Notes under the pieces: generated by a model
What the model saw: the letters and a program-made list of their open reading frames with translations, nothing else
Database searches by the model: none
Told to the model about the DNA's origin: nothing
DNA from: Macrostomum lignano
Taxonomy: Eukaryota
Direction of reading: 5' to 3'
Assembly (NCBI GenBank): GCA_002269645.1
Contig: NIVC01000012.1
Span: forward strand, 1,612,001-1,676,000
DNA: 64,000 nucleotides
Part shown: piece by piece, positions 49,594 through 62,660 of the stretch
How positions within the stretch are numbered: position 1 is the first letter of the stretch
Layout: each line of letters starts with the position of its first letter
Translations under genes and position numbers: made by a program

Positions 49594-52500
49594 TCCTATA
49601 TACTAAAAATGAGTTGTCTGGATGTGGGTAGGTAGGTATGCGATAGATTTCAGAAATCCATATACTAAAAATGGTCTGTCGGTATGTGTGTGTGTGTATG
49701 TGTGTGTGTGTGATCGATTTTAGCAAAAACGGCTCAACCGATTTTCTTCGAACTTGCACTGTTCGATCAGAAATTTTCCCGTGACAGTACATGCATCGTG
49801 GCTAAGAAATTGCTTGATGCTAAAGGGATTAAATATTCGAAAAACATGCTTTTTTGCAAAGGTCAAGCAGCTCTTTCGACTTGAAATGCATCGTAAGAAT
49901 GCTAGCAGAAAAACTGACTGGTTGAATTCTGATTCTGAAATAGATTGCATCACAATACACTTTATTTATCGTCTGTGTACTGGCTGAATTTGACACTCAA
50001 TTGAATTGCGTCACAGCTTTGAGTGTGAAAGCATAGCGCAGTACTGAATTTATATTACGTAACCATATTGTAAACTTTCATAGACACTGGTACTGACTTG
50101 CCTAAGAAATTGATTATGTCATAACTGCTTCGTGAGACTTTTTACTCTACCTGACTTGGTGTGAGTGTTGAATTATATAAGTGGTACAACATCACTGATA
50201 ACTTCGATGAGAGCTAGCCTAGAGCTGAACAGACCAGACTGCTAATGCAGCGACCTAGGTTCGAATCTAAGTAGTTTAAAAGTAGTAGTGTAAATTTTTT
50301 TATTAAAAGGTTTTATTAAAGGACTAAATAAAAACACTTAGATTACTGCACTCGATAAGCCAAGGATTATTGCTATTAATAAACCAAGGACTACTGCACT
50401 CGATAAACCAAGGACTATTGCTCTTGGCAAACCAAGGATTACTGCACTCAAGAAGCCAAGGATTATTGCTATTAATAAACCAAGGATTACTGCACTTGGA
50501 AAACCAAGGATTACTGCACTCGATAAACCAAGGACTATTGCTCTTGGCAAACCAAGGATTACTGCACTCAGGAAGCCAAGGATTATTGCACTTGGAAAAC
50601 CAAGGATTACTGCACTCGATAAACCAAGGACTATTGCTCTTGGCAAACCAAGGATTACTGCACTCAAGAAGCCAAGGATTATTGCTATTAATAAACCAAG
50701 GATTACTGCACTTGGAAAACCAAGGATTACTGCACTCGATAAACCAAGGACTATTGCTCTTGGCAAACCAAGGATTACTGCACTCAAGAAGCCAAGGATT
50801 ATTGCACTTGGAAAACCAAGGATTACTGCACTCGATAAACCAAGGACTATTGCACTTGATAAACCAAGGAATATTGCACTTGATAGGCCAAGGATTACTG
50901 CACTTGATAAACCAAGGATTATTGCACTTGATAGGCCAAAGATTACTGCGCTTGATAAACCAAGGATTATTGCACTTGATAAACCAAGGATTATTGCACT
51001 TGATAAGCCAAGGATTACTGCGCTTGATAAACCAAGGATTATTGCACTTGATAAACAAAGGATTATTGCACTTGATAAACAAAGGATTATTGCACTTGAT
51101 AAACAAAGGATTATTGCACTTGATAAACCAAGGATTATTGCACTTGATAAGCCAAGGATTATTGCACTTGATAAGCCATGGATTATTGCACTTGATAGTA
51201 AAGAATGTTGCACTTGATAAGCCAAGGATTAATGCACTGGATTATTCAAGGATTATTGATATTAATAAACCAAGGACTACTCCACTCGATAAACCAAGGA
51301 TTATTGCTCTTAATAAACCAAGGATTACTGCACTTGGAAAACTAAGGATTACTGCACTCGATAAACCAAAGACTATTGCACTTGATAAACCAAGGATTAT
51401 TGCACTTGATAGGCCAAGGATTACTGCACTTGATAAACCAAGGATTATTGCACTTGATAGGCCAAAAATTACTGCGCTTGATAAACCAAGGATTATTGCA
51501 CTTGATAAACCAAGGATTATTGCACTTGATAAGCCAAGGATTATTGCACTTGATAAACCAATGATTATTGCAGTTGATAAGCCAAGGATTATTGCATCTG
51601 ATAAACCAAAGATTATTGCACTTGATAAACCAAGGATTATTGAACTTGATAAACAAAGGATTATTGCACTTGATAGGCCAAAGATTACTGCGCTTGATAA
51701 ACCAAGGATTATTGCACTTGATAAACCAAGGATTATTGCACTTGATAAGCCAAGGATTATTGCACTTGATAAACCAAGGATTATTGCAGTTGATAAGCCA
51801 AGGATTATTGCATCTGATAAACCAAGGATTATTGCACTTGATAAACCAAGGATTATTGCACTTGATAAACCAAGGATTATTGCACTTGATAAACCAAGGA
51901 TTATTGCTCTTGGCAAACCAAGGATTACTGCACTCGATAAGCCAAGGATTATTGCTCTTAATAAACCAAGGATTACTGCACTTGGAAAACTAAGGATTAC
52001 TGCACTCGATAAACTAAGGATTATTGCTCTTGGCAAACCAAGGATTATTGCACTTGATAGGCCAAGGATTACTGCACTTGATAAACCAAGGATTATTGCA
52101 CTTGATAAACCAAGGATTATTGCACTTGATAAGCCAAGGATTATTGCACTTGATAGGCCAAGGATTACTGCGCTTGATAAACCAAGGATTATTGCACTTG
52201 ATAAACCAAGGATTATTGCAGTTGATAAGCCAAGGATTATTGCACTTGATAAACCAAGGATTATTACACTTGATAAACCAAGGATTATTGCACTTGATAA
52301 ACCAAGGATTATTGCACTTGATAGGCCAAGGATTACTGCACTTGATAAACCAAGGATTATTGCACTTGATAGGCCAAAGATTACTGCGCTTGATAAACCA
52401 AGGATTATTGCAGTTGATAAGCCAAAGATTATTGCACTTGATAAACCAAGGATTATTTCACTTGATAAACCAAGGATTATTGCACTTGATAAACAAATAT

Positions 52501-53661
52501 TGCACTTGATAAACCAAGGATTATTGCACCTGATAAGCCAAGGATTACTGCGCTAGATAAACCAAGGATTATTGCACTTAATAAACCAAGGATTATTGCA
52601 CTTAATAAACCAAGGATTATTGCACTTGATAAACCAAGGATTATTGCACTTGATAAACAAAGGATTATTGCACTTTATAAGCCAAAGATTACTGCACTTG
52701 ATAAACCAAGGATTATTGCACTTGATAAACCAAGGATTATTGCACTTGATTAATCAAGGATTATTGCTATTAATAAACCAAGGATTATTGCACTAGCTGA
52801 GAAGCTGATTACTGCGCTGTCTAAAAAAGAGATTATTGCGCTCGCTGAGACGTGGATTGTTGCACAACCTGAGAAAGCGATTATTGCATTAGCGGAAGTA
52901 ACATTTGCACTAGCTACTTGCTGTCTCGTGGATGCTTGCTCTCGAGGGGGGATACTTGCTATTTGGGAGAGGGGGTACTGGCTACATGCATGGGATTCTT
53001 TCTATCCAGGGATGCTTGCTATTCAGGGATTCTTGCTATCTGCAGGATGCTTGCTATTTAGGGATTCTTGCTATCTGCAGGATGCTTGCTATCTGGGTGG
53101 ATGCTTCTATAATATCTGGGGGGTGCTTGCTATCTGCAGAATGCTTCTATAATATCTGGGGGTGCTTGCTATCTGCAGAATGCTTGCTATCTGGGTGGAT
53201 GCTTCTATAATATCTGGGGGGTGCTTGCTATCTGCAGAATGCTTCTATAATATCTGGGGGTGCTTGCTATCTGCAGAATGCTTGCTATCTGGGTGGATGC
53301 TTCTATAATATCTGGGGGTGCTTGCTAATCTGCAGATGCTTGCTATCTGTGGTGATTCTTGCTATGAGCATTAGAGGATGCTTGCTATCTGCGATTGTTC
53401 ACTTTTGGAGGGGGTTGCTTGCTGTCTTGGGAATATTTTCTATTTAGGGAAACGATATTTTGTTGACTGTTTGTTAATTTTAGAGAAAAAGTGATTTTTT
53501 AATTTTGCAAACATCTTAGTCCGTGACAATTTTACACGAATAAGGTGATTTTTAAAATGTGAAGAAGGAATTAGTGTTTAAGAAAATGTGTTTTTTTATT
53601 GTTTTCCATGAACTATTTTTGCTCCTTTCTTATTGGGCGCCCCGAAGGGGGGCCGCACTAG
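49594..53661 (+). mobile_element. Non-autonomous Helitron-like unit 1 (two stacked 5' ends at 49594 and 49657)
   Basis: A|TCCTATATACTAAAAATG start; AAACGGCTCAACCGATTTT motif; 3' GC hairpin GGCGCCCC-GAA-GGGGGGCC followed by CACTAG at 53661. Confidence 0.8.
50340..52795. repeat. 24-bp minisatellite (GATAAACCAAGGATTATTGCACTT)n inside Helitron unit 1
   Basis: Direct inspection; source of the DKPRIIAL/LHLINQG pseudo-ORFs. Confidence 0.95.
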
Positions 53662-54254
53662 ATTGCTAGTCCTATATACTAAAAATGAAATGTCTGTAAC
53701 TAACTAGCTATGCGATAGATTTCAGAAAAAATGGCTCAACCGATTTTCTTCAAACTTGCACCATTCGATCAGAAATGTTCCTGGGACGGTACATGTATCT
53801 TGGCTAAGAAATTGCTCAATGTTAAAGGGATTAAATATTCGAAAAACATGCTTTTTTGCAAAGGTCAAGCCAAATTTTTGACTTGAAATGCATTGTAAGA
53901 ATGCTAGAGAAAAAACTGACTGGCTGAATTACGATTGTGATAAAGATTGCATCACAACAAGGTGAAAACAGTGCCACAGAAACGCACACAAGACTTCATT
54001 GAAATTGCGTAACCATATTGCTAACTTGAATTGAGACTGATACTGGCTGACTGAGAAATTGATTATGTCATAACTTTTTACCCTAACCGACTTGCTATAA
54101 GTATTGAATTATAAGGGCCACAAGTCATGTTCTCCAATTGAAAAGAGATAGCCGGATGAAACAGACTGGAATGCTAATGTAGCGACCTTGGTTCGAATCT
54201 TAGTGGTGAAAAATGTTTTTTTTATTAAAACACGTTAAAAAACACAAAATTCTC

Positions 54255-56620
54255 AACATTAAAGAGCCACCATGTCGAAACATTAAAGAGCCACCATTTC
54301 AAACATTAAAGAGCCACAATGTCAAACATTAAAGAGCCACCATGTCGAACATAAAAGAGCCACCATATCAAACATAAAAGAGTTACCATGTCAAACATTA
54401 AAGAGCCACCATGTCGAACATTAAAGAGCCACAATGTCAAACATTAAAGAGCCACCATTTCAAACCTAAAAGAGCCACCATGTCGAACATTAAAGAGCCA
54501 CAATGGCAATCATTAAAGAGACACCATTTCAAACCTAAAAGAGTTACCATGTCAAACATTAAAGAGCCGCCAGGTCAAACATAAAACAGACACCATTAAG
54601 AACATTAAAGAGCCACCATGTCGAACATTAAAGAGCCACCATGTCAAACATAAAACAGCCACCATTTCGAAAATTAAAGAGCCACCATTTTAAACATTAA
54701 AGAGCCACCTTGTCAAATATTAAAGAGCCACAATGTCAAACATTAAAGAGCCACCTTAACAAACATTAAAGAGCCACCATGTCAAACATTAAAGAGCCAC
54801 CATGTAAAACATTAAAGAGCCACCATGTCGAACATAAAAGAGGTACCATGTCAAACATTAAAGACCCACCAGGTCAAACATGAAAGTGCCACCATGTCAA
54901 ATATTAAAAAGCCACCATGTCAAACATTAAAGAGCCACCAGGTCAAACATGAAAGTGCCACCAGGTCAAACATATACATGACTCCATGTCAAACATTAAA
55001 GAGCCACCATGTCGAACATAAAAGGGCCACCATGTCAAATATTAAAGAGCCACCATGTCAAACATTAAAGAGCCACCAGGTCAAACATGAAAGTGCCACC
55101 ATGTAAAACATTAAAGAGCCACCATGTCAAACATTAAAGAGCCACCAGGTCAAATATATACATGACTCCATGTCAAACATTAAAGAGCCACCATGTCGAA
55201 CATAAAAGGGCCACCATGTCAAATATTAAAGAGCCACCATGTCAAACATTAAAGAGCCACCAGGTCAAACATGAAAGTGCCACCATGTAAAACATTAAAG
55301 AGCCACCATGTCGAACATTTAAGAAGCACCATGTCAAACATAAAATAGCCACCATGTGAAACATATAGGTGACTCCATGTAAAACATTAAAGAGCTACCA
55401 TACCAGACATATACATGACTCCATGTCAAACATATACGTGACTCCATGTTAGACATTAAAGAGCCACCATGTCGAACATTAAAGAGCCAACGTGTTAAAA
55501 ATACAAGAGCCACCAGGTCAAACATATATATGACTCCATGTCAAACATTAAAGAGCCACCATGTCGAACATAAAAGGGCCACCATGTCAAATATTAAAGA
55601 GCCACCATGTCAAACATTTAAGAGCCACCATGTCAAACATATACATGACTCTATGTCAAACGTTAAAGAGACACCATGTCAAACATTACAGAGCCACCAT
55701 GTCAAACATTTAAGAGCCACCAGGTCAAACATGAAAGTGCCACCATGTAAAACATTAAAGAGCCACCATGTCAAACATATACGTAACTCCATGTCAAACA
55801 TTGAAGAGACCCCATGTCAAACATTAAAGAGCCACCACGTCGAACATAAAAGAGCCACCATGTAAAACATATACGTAACTCCATGTCAAACATTGAAGCG
55901 ACACCATGTCGAACATAAAAGAGCCACCATGTCGAACATTAAAGAGCCACCATGTCGAACATAAAAGAGCTACCATGTCAAACATTAAAGAGCCACCATG
56001 TTAAACATAAAAGAGCCATCATGTCAAACATATAAGTGACTTTATGTCGAACATTAAAGAGCCACCATGTCTAACATTAAAGAGCCACCATGTCCAACAT
56101 TAAAGAGCCACCATGTCAAAAATTAAAGAGCCACCATGTCTATCATTAAAGAGCCATCATCTCAAACATTAAAGAGCTACTTTGTCTAACATTAAAGAGC
56201 CACCATGTCAAACATTAAAGAGCTACTTTGTCTAACATTAAAGAGCCACCATGTCAAACATTAAAGAGCCACCATGTCAAACATTAAAGAGCCACCATGT
56301 CAAACATAAAAGAGCCACCTTTTTGAACATTAAAGAGCCACCATTTCGAACATTAAAGAGCCACCATGTCAAACATAATAGAGCCACCATGTAAAACATT
56401 AAAAAGCCACTTTGTCAAACATAGAAGAGCCCCCATGTCAAACATAGAAGAGCCCCCATGTCAAACATAGAAGAGCCCCCATGTCAAACATAGAAGAGCC
56501 CCCATGTCAAACATAGAAGAGCCACTATGTCAGACATTGAAAAGCCACCGTATCAAACATAAAAGAGTTACCATGTACGAGCGTAGAACATAAAAGAGCC
56601 ACCCTGTAAAACATAAAAGA
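54255..56620. repeat. 23-bp minisatellite (AAAGAGCCACCATGTCAAACATT)n inside unit 2
   Basis: Direct inspection. Confidence 0.94.
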
Positions 56621-56711
56621 TACACAATTTCAAACGTAAAAGTAAGCGAATTTTAAAGGAGCCGCTATAATGCTAAGGAAATTGTCGCACTAGCTACTTA
56701 TTGTCTGGTGG

Positions 56712-57120
56712 ATGCTTGCTATTTGGGGATGCTATCTATCTTGGGGATGCTTGCTATCTGGGGGATGCTTGCTATCTGGGGGATGCTTGCTATCTGGGGG
56801 ATGCTTGCTATCTGGGGGATGCTTGCTATCTGGGGGATGCTTGCTATCTGGGGGATGCTTGCTATCTGGGGGATGCTTGCTATCTGAGGGATGCTTGCTA
56901 TCTGGGGGATGCTTGCTATCTGGGGGATGCTTGCTATCTGGGGGATGCTTGCTATCTGGGGGATGCTTGCTATCTGAGGGATGCTTGCTATCTTGGGGAT
57001 GCTTGCTATCTGGGGGATGCTTGCAATCTGGGGGATGCTTGCTATCTGGGGGATGCTTGCCATCTTGGGGATGCTTGCTATCTAGGGGATGCTTGCTATC
57101 TGGGGGATGCTTGCAGTCTT
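56712..57120. repeat. 18-bp minisatellite (GGGGATGCTTGCTATCTG)n inside unit 2
   Basis: Direct inspection; related arrays at 52930..53400 and 59710..60450. Confidence 0.94.
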
Positions 57121-57844
57121 GGGATGATTTCTTTTTGCAATGCACTTTATTTGAGCAGTTTGTCTGTTGTCTTTTTGAAGGATTTTTGGCTGTCTTTTTG
57201 TTACTTTAGAAAACAGAGATTCTATCTAGATGTCCCCCATCGGGGGGCGAAGATTGCTAGTCCTATATACTAAAAATGAGTTGTCTGTGGGTAGGTAGGT
57301 AGGTATGCGATAGATTTCAGAAAAAATGGCTCAACCGATTTTCTTCAAACTTGCACCATTCGATCAGAAATTTTCCTGGGACGGTACATGCATCTTGGCT
57401 AAGAAATTGCTCAATATTAAAGGGATTAAATATTCGAAAAACATGCTTTTTTGCAAAGGTCAAGCAAAATTTTCGACTTGAAATGCATTGTAAGAATGCT
57501 AGAGAAAAAACTGACTGGCTGAATTCCGATTGTGATAAAGATTGCATCACAACAAGTTGAAAACAGTGTCGAAGAAATGCACACACGACTTGATTAAAAT
57601 TGCGTAACCATATTGCTAACTTGAATTGAGACTGATACTGGCTGACTGAAAAATTGATTATGTCATAACTTTCTACTCCAATTGACTTGCTGTAAGAATT
57701 GAGTTATAAGGGCCACAATTCATGGTCTCAAATTAAAAACAGATAGCCTAGATGCGAGATGACTGACTGCTAATGTGGCGACCTGGGTTCGAATCTTAGT
57801 ACTGCAAAAGATTTTTTTATTAAAACACCTTAAAAACACAAAAT

Positions 57845-59620
57845 GCTAAACATAAAAGAAGCGCAATGTCAAACATAGAAGAGCCACCATGTCGAACATT
57901 AAAGAGCCACCATGTCGACCATTAAAGAGCCACCATGTCGACCATTAAAGAGCCACCATGTCGAACATTAAAGAGCTACCATGTCGAAAATTAAAGAGCC
58001 ACCATGTCGACCATTAAAGAGCCACCATGTCGAACATTAAAGAGCCACCATGTCCAACATATACATGACTCCATGTTGAACATTCAAGAGCTACCATGTC
58101 AAACATATACATGACGCCATGTCGAACATAAAAGAGCCACCATGTCGAACATTAAAAATCCACCATGTCAAACATTAAAGAGCCACCATGTCGAACATTA
58201 AAGAGCCACCATGTCAAACATTAAAGAGCAACCAGGTCAAACATATACATGACTCCATGTCGAACATTGAAGAGCCACCATGTCGAACATTAAAGGGCCA
58301 CCATGTCAAATATTAAAGAGCCACCATGTCAAACATTAAAGAGCCACCAGGTCAAACATGAAAGTGCCACCATGTCTAACATTAAAGAGCCACCATGGCA
58401 AACATATACATGACTCTATGTCGAACATTCAAGAGCTACCATGTCAAACATATACATGACTCCATGTCAAACATTAAAGAGACACTATGTCAAACAATAA
58501 AGAGCCACCATGTCGAACATTTAAGAGCCACCATGTCAAACATAAAATAGCCAACATGTGAAACATATACGTGACTCCATGTAAAACATTAAAGAGCTAC
58601 CATATCAGGCATATGCATGACTCCATGTCAAACATATACGTGACTCCATGTTAGACAATTAAGAGCCACCATTTCGAACATTAAAGAGTCAACATGTTAA
58701 AAATACAAGAGCATCCATGTCAAACATATACATGACGCCATTTCAAACATTGAAGAGACACCATGTCGAACATAAAAGAGCCACCATGCAAAACATAAAA
58801 GAGCCACCATGTCTAACATTAAAGAGCCACCATGTCAAACATATACATGACTCCATGTCAAACATTAAAGAGACACTATGTCAAACAATAAAGAGCCACC
58901 ATGTCGAACATTTAAGAGCCACCATGTCAAACATATACATGACGCCATGTCAAACATTAAAGAGCTACCATGTCAAACATTGAAGAGCCACCATGTCAAA
59001 CATTATAGAGCCACTATGTCGAACATTTAAGAGCCACCATGTCAAACATATACATGACTCCATGTTGAACATTAAAGAGCCACCATGTCTAACATTTAAG
59101 AGCCATCATGTCAAACATTAAAGAGCTACTTTGTCTAACATTAAAGAGCCACCATGTCAAACATTAAAGAGCCACCATGTCAAACATTAAAGAGCCACCA
59201 TGTCAAACATAAAAGAGCCACCTTTTTGAACATTAAAGAGCCACCATGTCAAACATTAAAGAGCCACCATGTCAAACATAAAAGAGCCACCTTTTTGAAC
59301 ATTAAAGAGCCACCATGTCAAACATAATAGAGCCACCATGTCAAACATAATAGAGCCACCATGTCAAACATTAAAAAGCCACTTTGTCAAACATAGAAGA
59401 GCTCCCATGTCAAACATAGAAGAGCCCCCATGTCAAACATAGAAGAGCCCCCATGTCAAACATAGAAGAGCCACCATGTCAGACATTGAAAAGCCACCGT
59501 ATCAAACATAAAAGAGTTACCATGTACGAGCGTAGAACAAAAAAGAGCCACAATGTATAACATAAAAGAGCCACAATGTATAACATAAAAGAGCCACCCT
59601 GTTAAACATAAAAGATACAC
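57845..59620. repeat. 23-bp minisatellite inside unit 3
   Basis: Same family as 54255..56620. Confidence 0.94.
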
Positions 59621-59709
59621 AATTTCAAACGTAAAAGTAAGCGAATTTTAAAGGAGCCGCTATAATGCTAAGGAAATTGTCGCACTAGCTACTTATTGTC
59701 TGGTGGATG

Positions 59710-60450
59710 CTTACTATTTGGGGATGCTATCTATCTTGGGGATGCTTGCTATCTTGGGGATGCTTGCTATCTGGGGGATGCTTGCTATCTGGGGGATGCT
59801 TGCTATCTGGGGGATACCTGCTATCTGGGGGATGCTTGCTATCTGAGGGATGCTTGCTATCTGGGGGATGCTTGCTATCTGGGGGATACCTGCTATCTGG
59901 GGGATGCTTGCTATCTGGGGGATGCCTGCTATCTGGGGATGCTTGCTATCTGGGGGATGCCTGCTATCTGGGGGATGCTTGCTATCTGGGGGATGCTTGC
60001 TATCTGGGGGATGCTTGCTATCTGGGGGATGCTTGCTATCTGAGGGATGCTTGCTATCTGGGGGATGCTTGCTTTCTGGGGGATGCTTGCTATCCGGGGG
60101 ATGCTTGCTATCTGGGGGATGCTTGCAATCTGGGGGATGCTTGCTATCTGAGGGATGCTTGCTATCTGGGGGATGCTTGCTATCTGGGGGACGCTTGCTA
60201 TCTGGGGGATGCTTGCTATCTTGGGGATGCTTGCTATCTGGGGGATGCTTGCTATCTTGGGGATGCTTGCTATCTGGGGGATGCTTGCTATCTTGGGGAT
60301 GCTTGCTATCTGGGGGACGCTTGCTATCTGGGGGATGCTTGCTATCTTGGGGATGCTTGCTATCTGGGGGATGCTTGCTATCTTGGGGATGCTTGCTATC
60401 TGGGGGATGCTTGCTATCTTGGGGATGCTTGCTATCTGGGGGATGCTTGC
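59710..60450. repeat. 18-bp minisatellite inside unit 3
   Basis: Direct inspection. Confidence 0.94.
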
Positions 60451-61199
60451 GGTCTTGGGATGATTTCTTTTTGCAATGCACTTCATTTGAGCAGTTTGTC
60501 TGTTGTCTTTTTGAAGGATTTTTGGCTGTTTTTTTGTTACTTGTAGAGAACAGAGATTCTATCCAGATGTCCCCCATCGGGGGGCGAAGATTGCTAGTCG
60601 GGTTCTAAAAGTAGATAGAGTCACACAAAATTGTGTACTCTCTTTGTGAACTCATGCCTTCCTTAAGGCAAGTACTCGTAAGTGCACCGAATGTGGTTCT
60701 AGTTTCCAAAGTATAATAGAGTCACACAGTCTTACGTGCATTGGGGCAAAGGGAATTCCCACCTATAAGTACGGACTCCTGCATCATTGTTTAAGTCAAG
60801 AAGTTATGTGTCTGGCCTTTTTAAGTTCAGGCCTACTTCAAATCTTAACTCCACTGAAAATGAAACAGTAAACCGTAAACATTTGAACAGAAAAAACTAG
60901 AAAAATATAAAATAAAGCACACAAAGATAAATGACAAAAGTACCGGACTAACTTTCAAAAGATTAGCGTCCTGTATTAAAATAGATCTGCTATGGGACGA
61001 ATCGAGCCAAACAGGACGAAGTAATGTTTTAAAAAACAAAAAAACAGTAAAACGGTGCGCGAAAATTTTTTTATAATATTAGCTAATTGATAAGTTATCT
61101 TGTAAAACTACTCCACGCCAACAGTCCGCCTAAGGTTCGGCGGCTCCCTCGACGGCTTCCTCGGCGGTGCCGGCCAGCTGCGTCTTCTTAGCGGCGCGT

Positions 61200-62660
61200 C
61201 ATATTTTTACATCGTCTGATTTTTTAGCCTTCTCCTCCGGACTCTGCCTGCGTTTAATGGCAGTTTCGCGGCACTGATAGTGCTGACGCCGAAATTCCTT
61301 TTCGTCTATGGTCACGCCGACGTGCTTGGCGCCACAGCTAATTTGCAGCGCAGTCGCAGTCGCAGCGCTGGCCACCTACCTGACCCTTGACGCGGCCCGA
61401 GCAGGTCTCCCGCAAGAAATGGTCCTCGTTGAACAAAGCGCGAAGGACCGCTCGTATAAATGCGCCCTTAGCGGTGGCCAATTTTTTTGCATCTGGCCAG
61501 TTGACGAATGACTTCCGTTCGCTGCTCGATTTCGCGCTTGTCTTTCCGCTCTATTAGTATTTGCCTAAAGCCGTCGTCGTTTGACAGGCGAACCAATGCG
61601 TTGGGGTTGACTTCACGTGGCCGCATTGTAACAATAGCGTCGGCAGCCTGCACAGCACCCATAGTCTGCTTCATTTGCGCCGACTGGTCAGTGGACCAAT
61701 GACTGTGGGTATATATACCAACTTCTCTTCGTTGACTGCGTTGACACTATCAGAGCCTCCGATTGTGCGTCTGGCAACATGTACTGCACTGAGTAGTCGT
61801 TCACACCGGCGCTCAACCACGCTCATAACCTGCTGCATTTTGGCGTCCCGACTGGAGTCAGCGTTCCCGTTCTGCGCCATTTGTTCCTCAAGCGATTGCA
61901 GTTGAGCGCGAAGTTGAACGAAGTTCAACAACTTGTGTATTACTTTGCGCCAGATGTGCCAAACGTTCCCTCTCATTTTCAATATCTTTTTCGAGAGCCC
62001 GAATGCGATCACCTGTGATAGAGTGCGTGCAGATAAATATCGAGAGTTGCTGTTATTGAATAATTTAATGACTAGTTATTCAATACAAAGATATTGAAAT
62101 TACGCAGTAAAACAATCGTTTCAACGGTTACGCACGTTGTTCGTCCACAATGGAAACTTGCGAGCGCAATTGGTTGGTTAGTGTACAACACGAACCACAA
62201 TGATTCGGCGCACTATTAGTTTGCAACAGGCCCGACGCGAATGCGACGCGTTGCGCAGCAGCTATGCTAGTGTATGGTCCACTCCATATAGTGGCGCCAT
62301 ATCTTGCGGCCGAAGCAGTCTTTGTTTTGGCTGTCACGACGACAATGTGACCACCAACAGTGGGTTGCTCATGACGATCGTCAAGCGCAACAATATCGGT
62401 GCTAAATATCGCACCTCTGTCGTTGTTGATGTTGTAAATGACAGCCCACGCGGACGAATCTGCAGATTTATAACCGCGCATTCCATCAGAGGCAATTGCT
62501 GCGCTTGCACTGGTATTTTGGCGGTTTTTCTTTGTTGACCTCGCGCTGGCGGCCCCATCGAAGATTTCCGACTGAGGCGACACTTTCGAGACTGTCGAAT
62601 GGTCGTTTGGTCGTACACTTTTGCGCGGTCGCTTTTCCGCTTGTTCTGCGTCTACAACTT
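61200..62660 (-). pseudogene. Disrupted gene: N-terminal beta-rich module, coiled coil and BEN-like domain
   Basis: A phase-1 intron 62135->62013 (C|GTGCGT...CACAG|GT) joins IVDEQ to RDRIRALEKDIENERERL. Downstream, KGAFIRAVLRALFNEDHFLRETCSGRVKG resembles a BEN N-terminus. At least three frame breaks. Confidence 0.55.

Larger units (their letters stand above)
53670..57260 (+). mobile_element. Non-autonomous Helitron-like unit 2
   Basis: TCCTATATACTAAAAATG start; CCCCC-ATC-GGGGG hairpin then GATTGCTAG end; internal 23-bp and 18-bp arrays. Confidence 0.85.
57261..60597 (+). mobile_element. Non-autonomous Helitron-like unit 3
   Basis: Colinear with unit 2; ends in hairpin + CTAG|T at 60597. Confidence 0.85.

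Noticed and set aside
50324-52796. LRR-like or pentapeptide-like ORFs (LHLINQG, DKPRIIAL)
   Set aside because: All frames of a 24-bp satellite inside a Helitron-like unit; no unique flanking domains.
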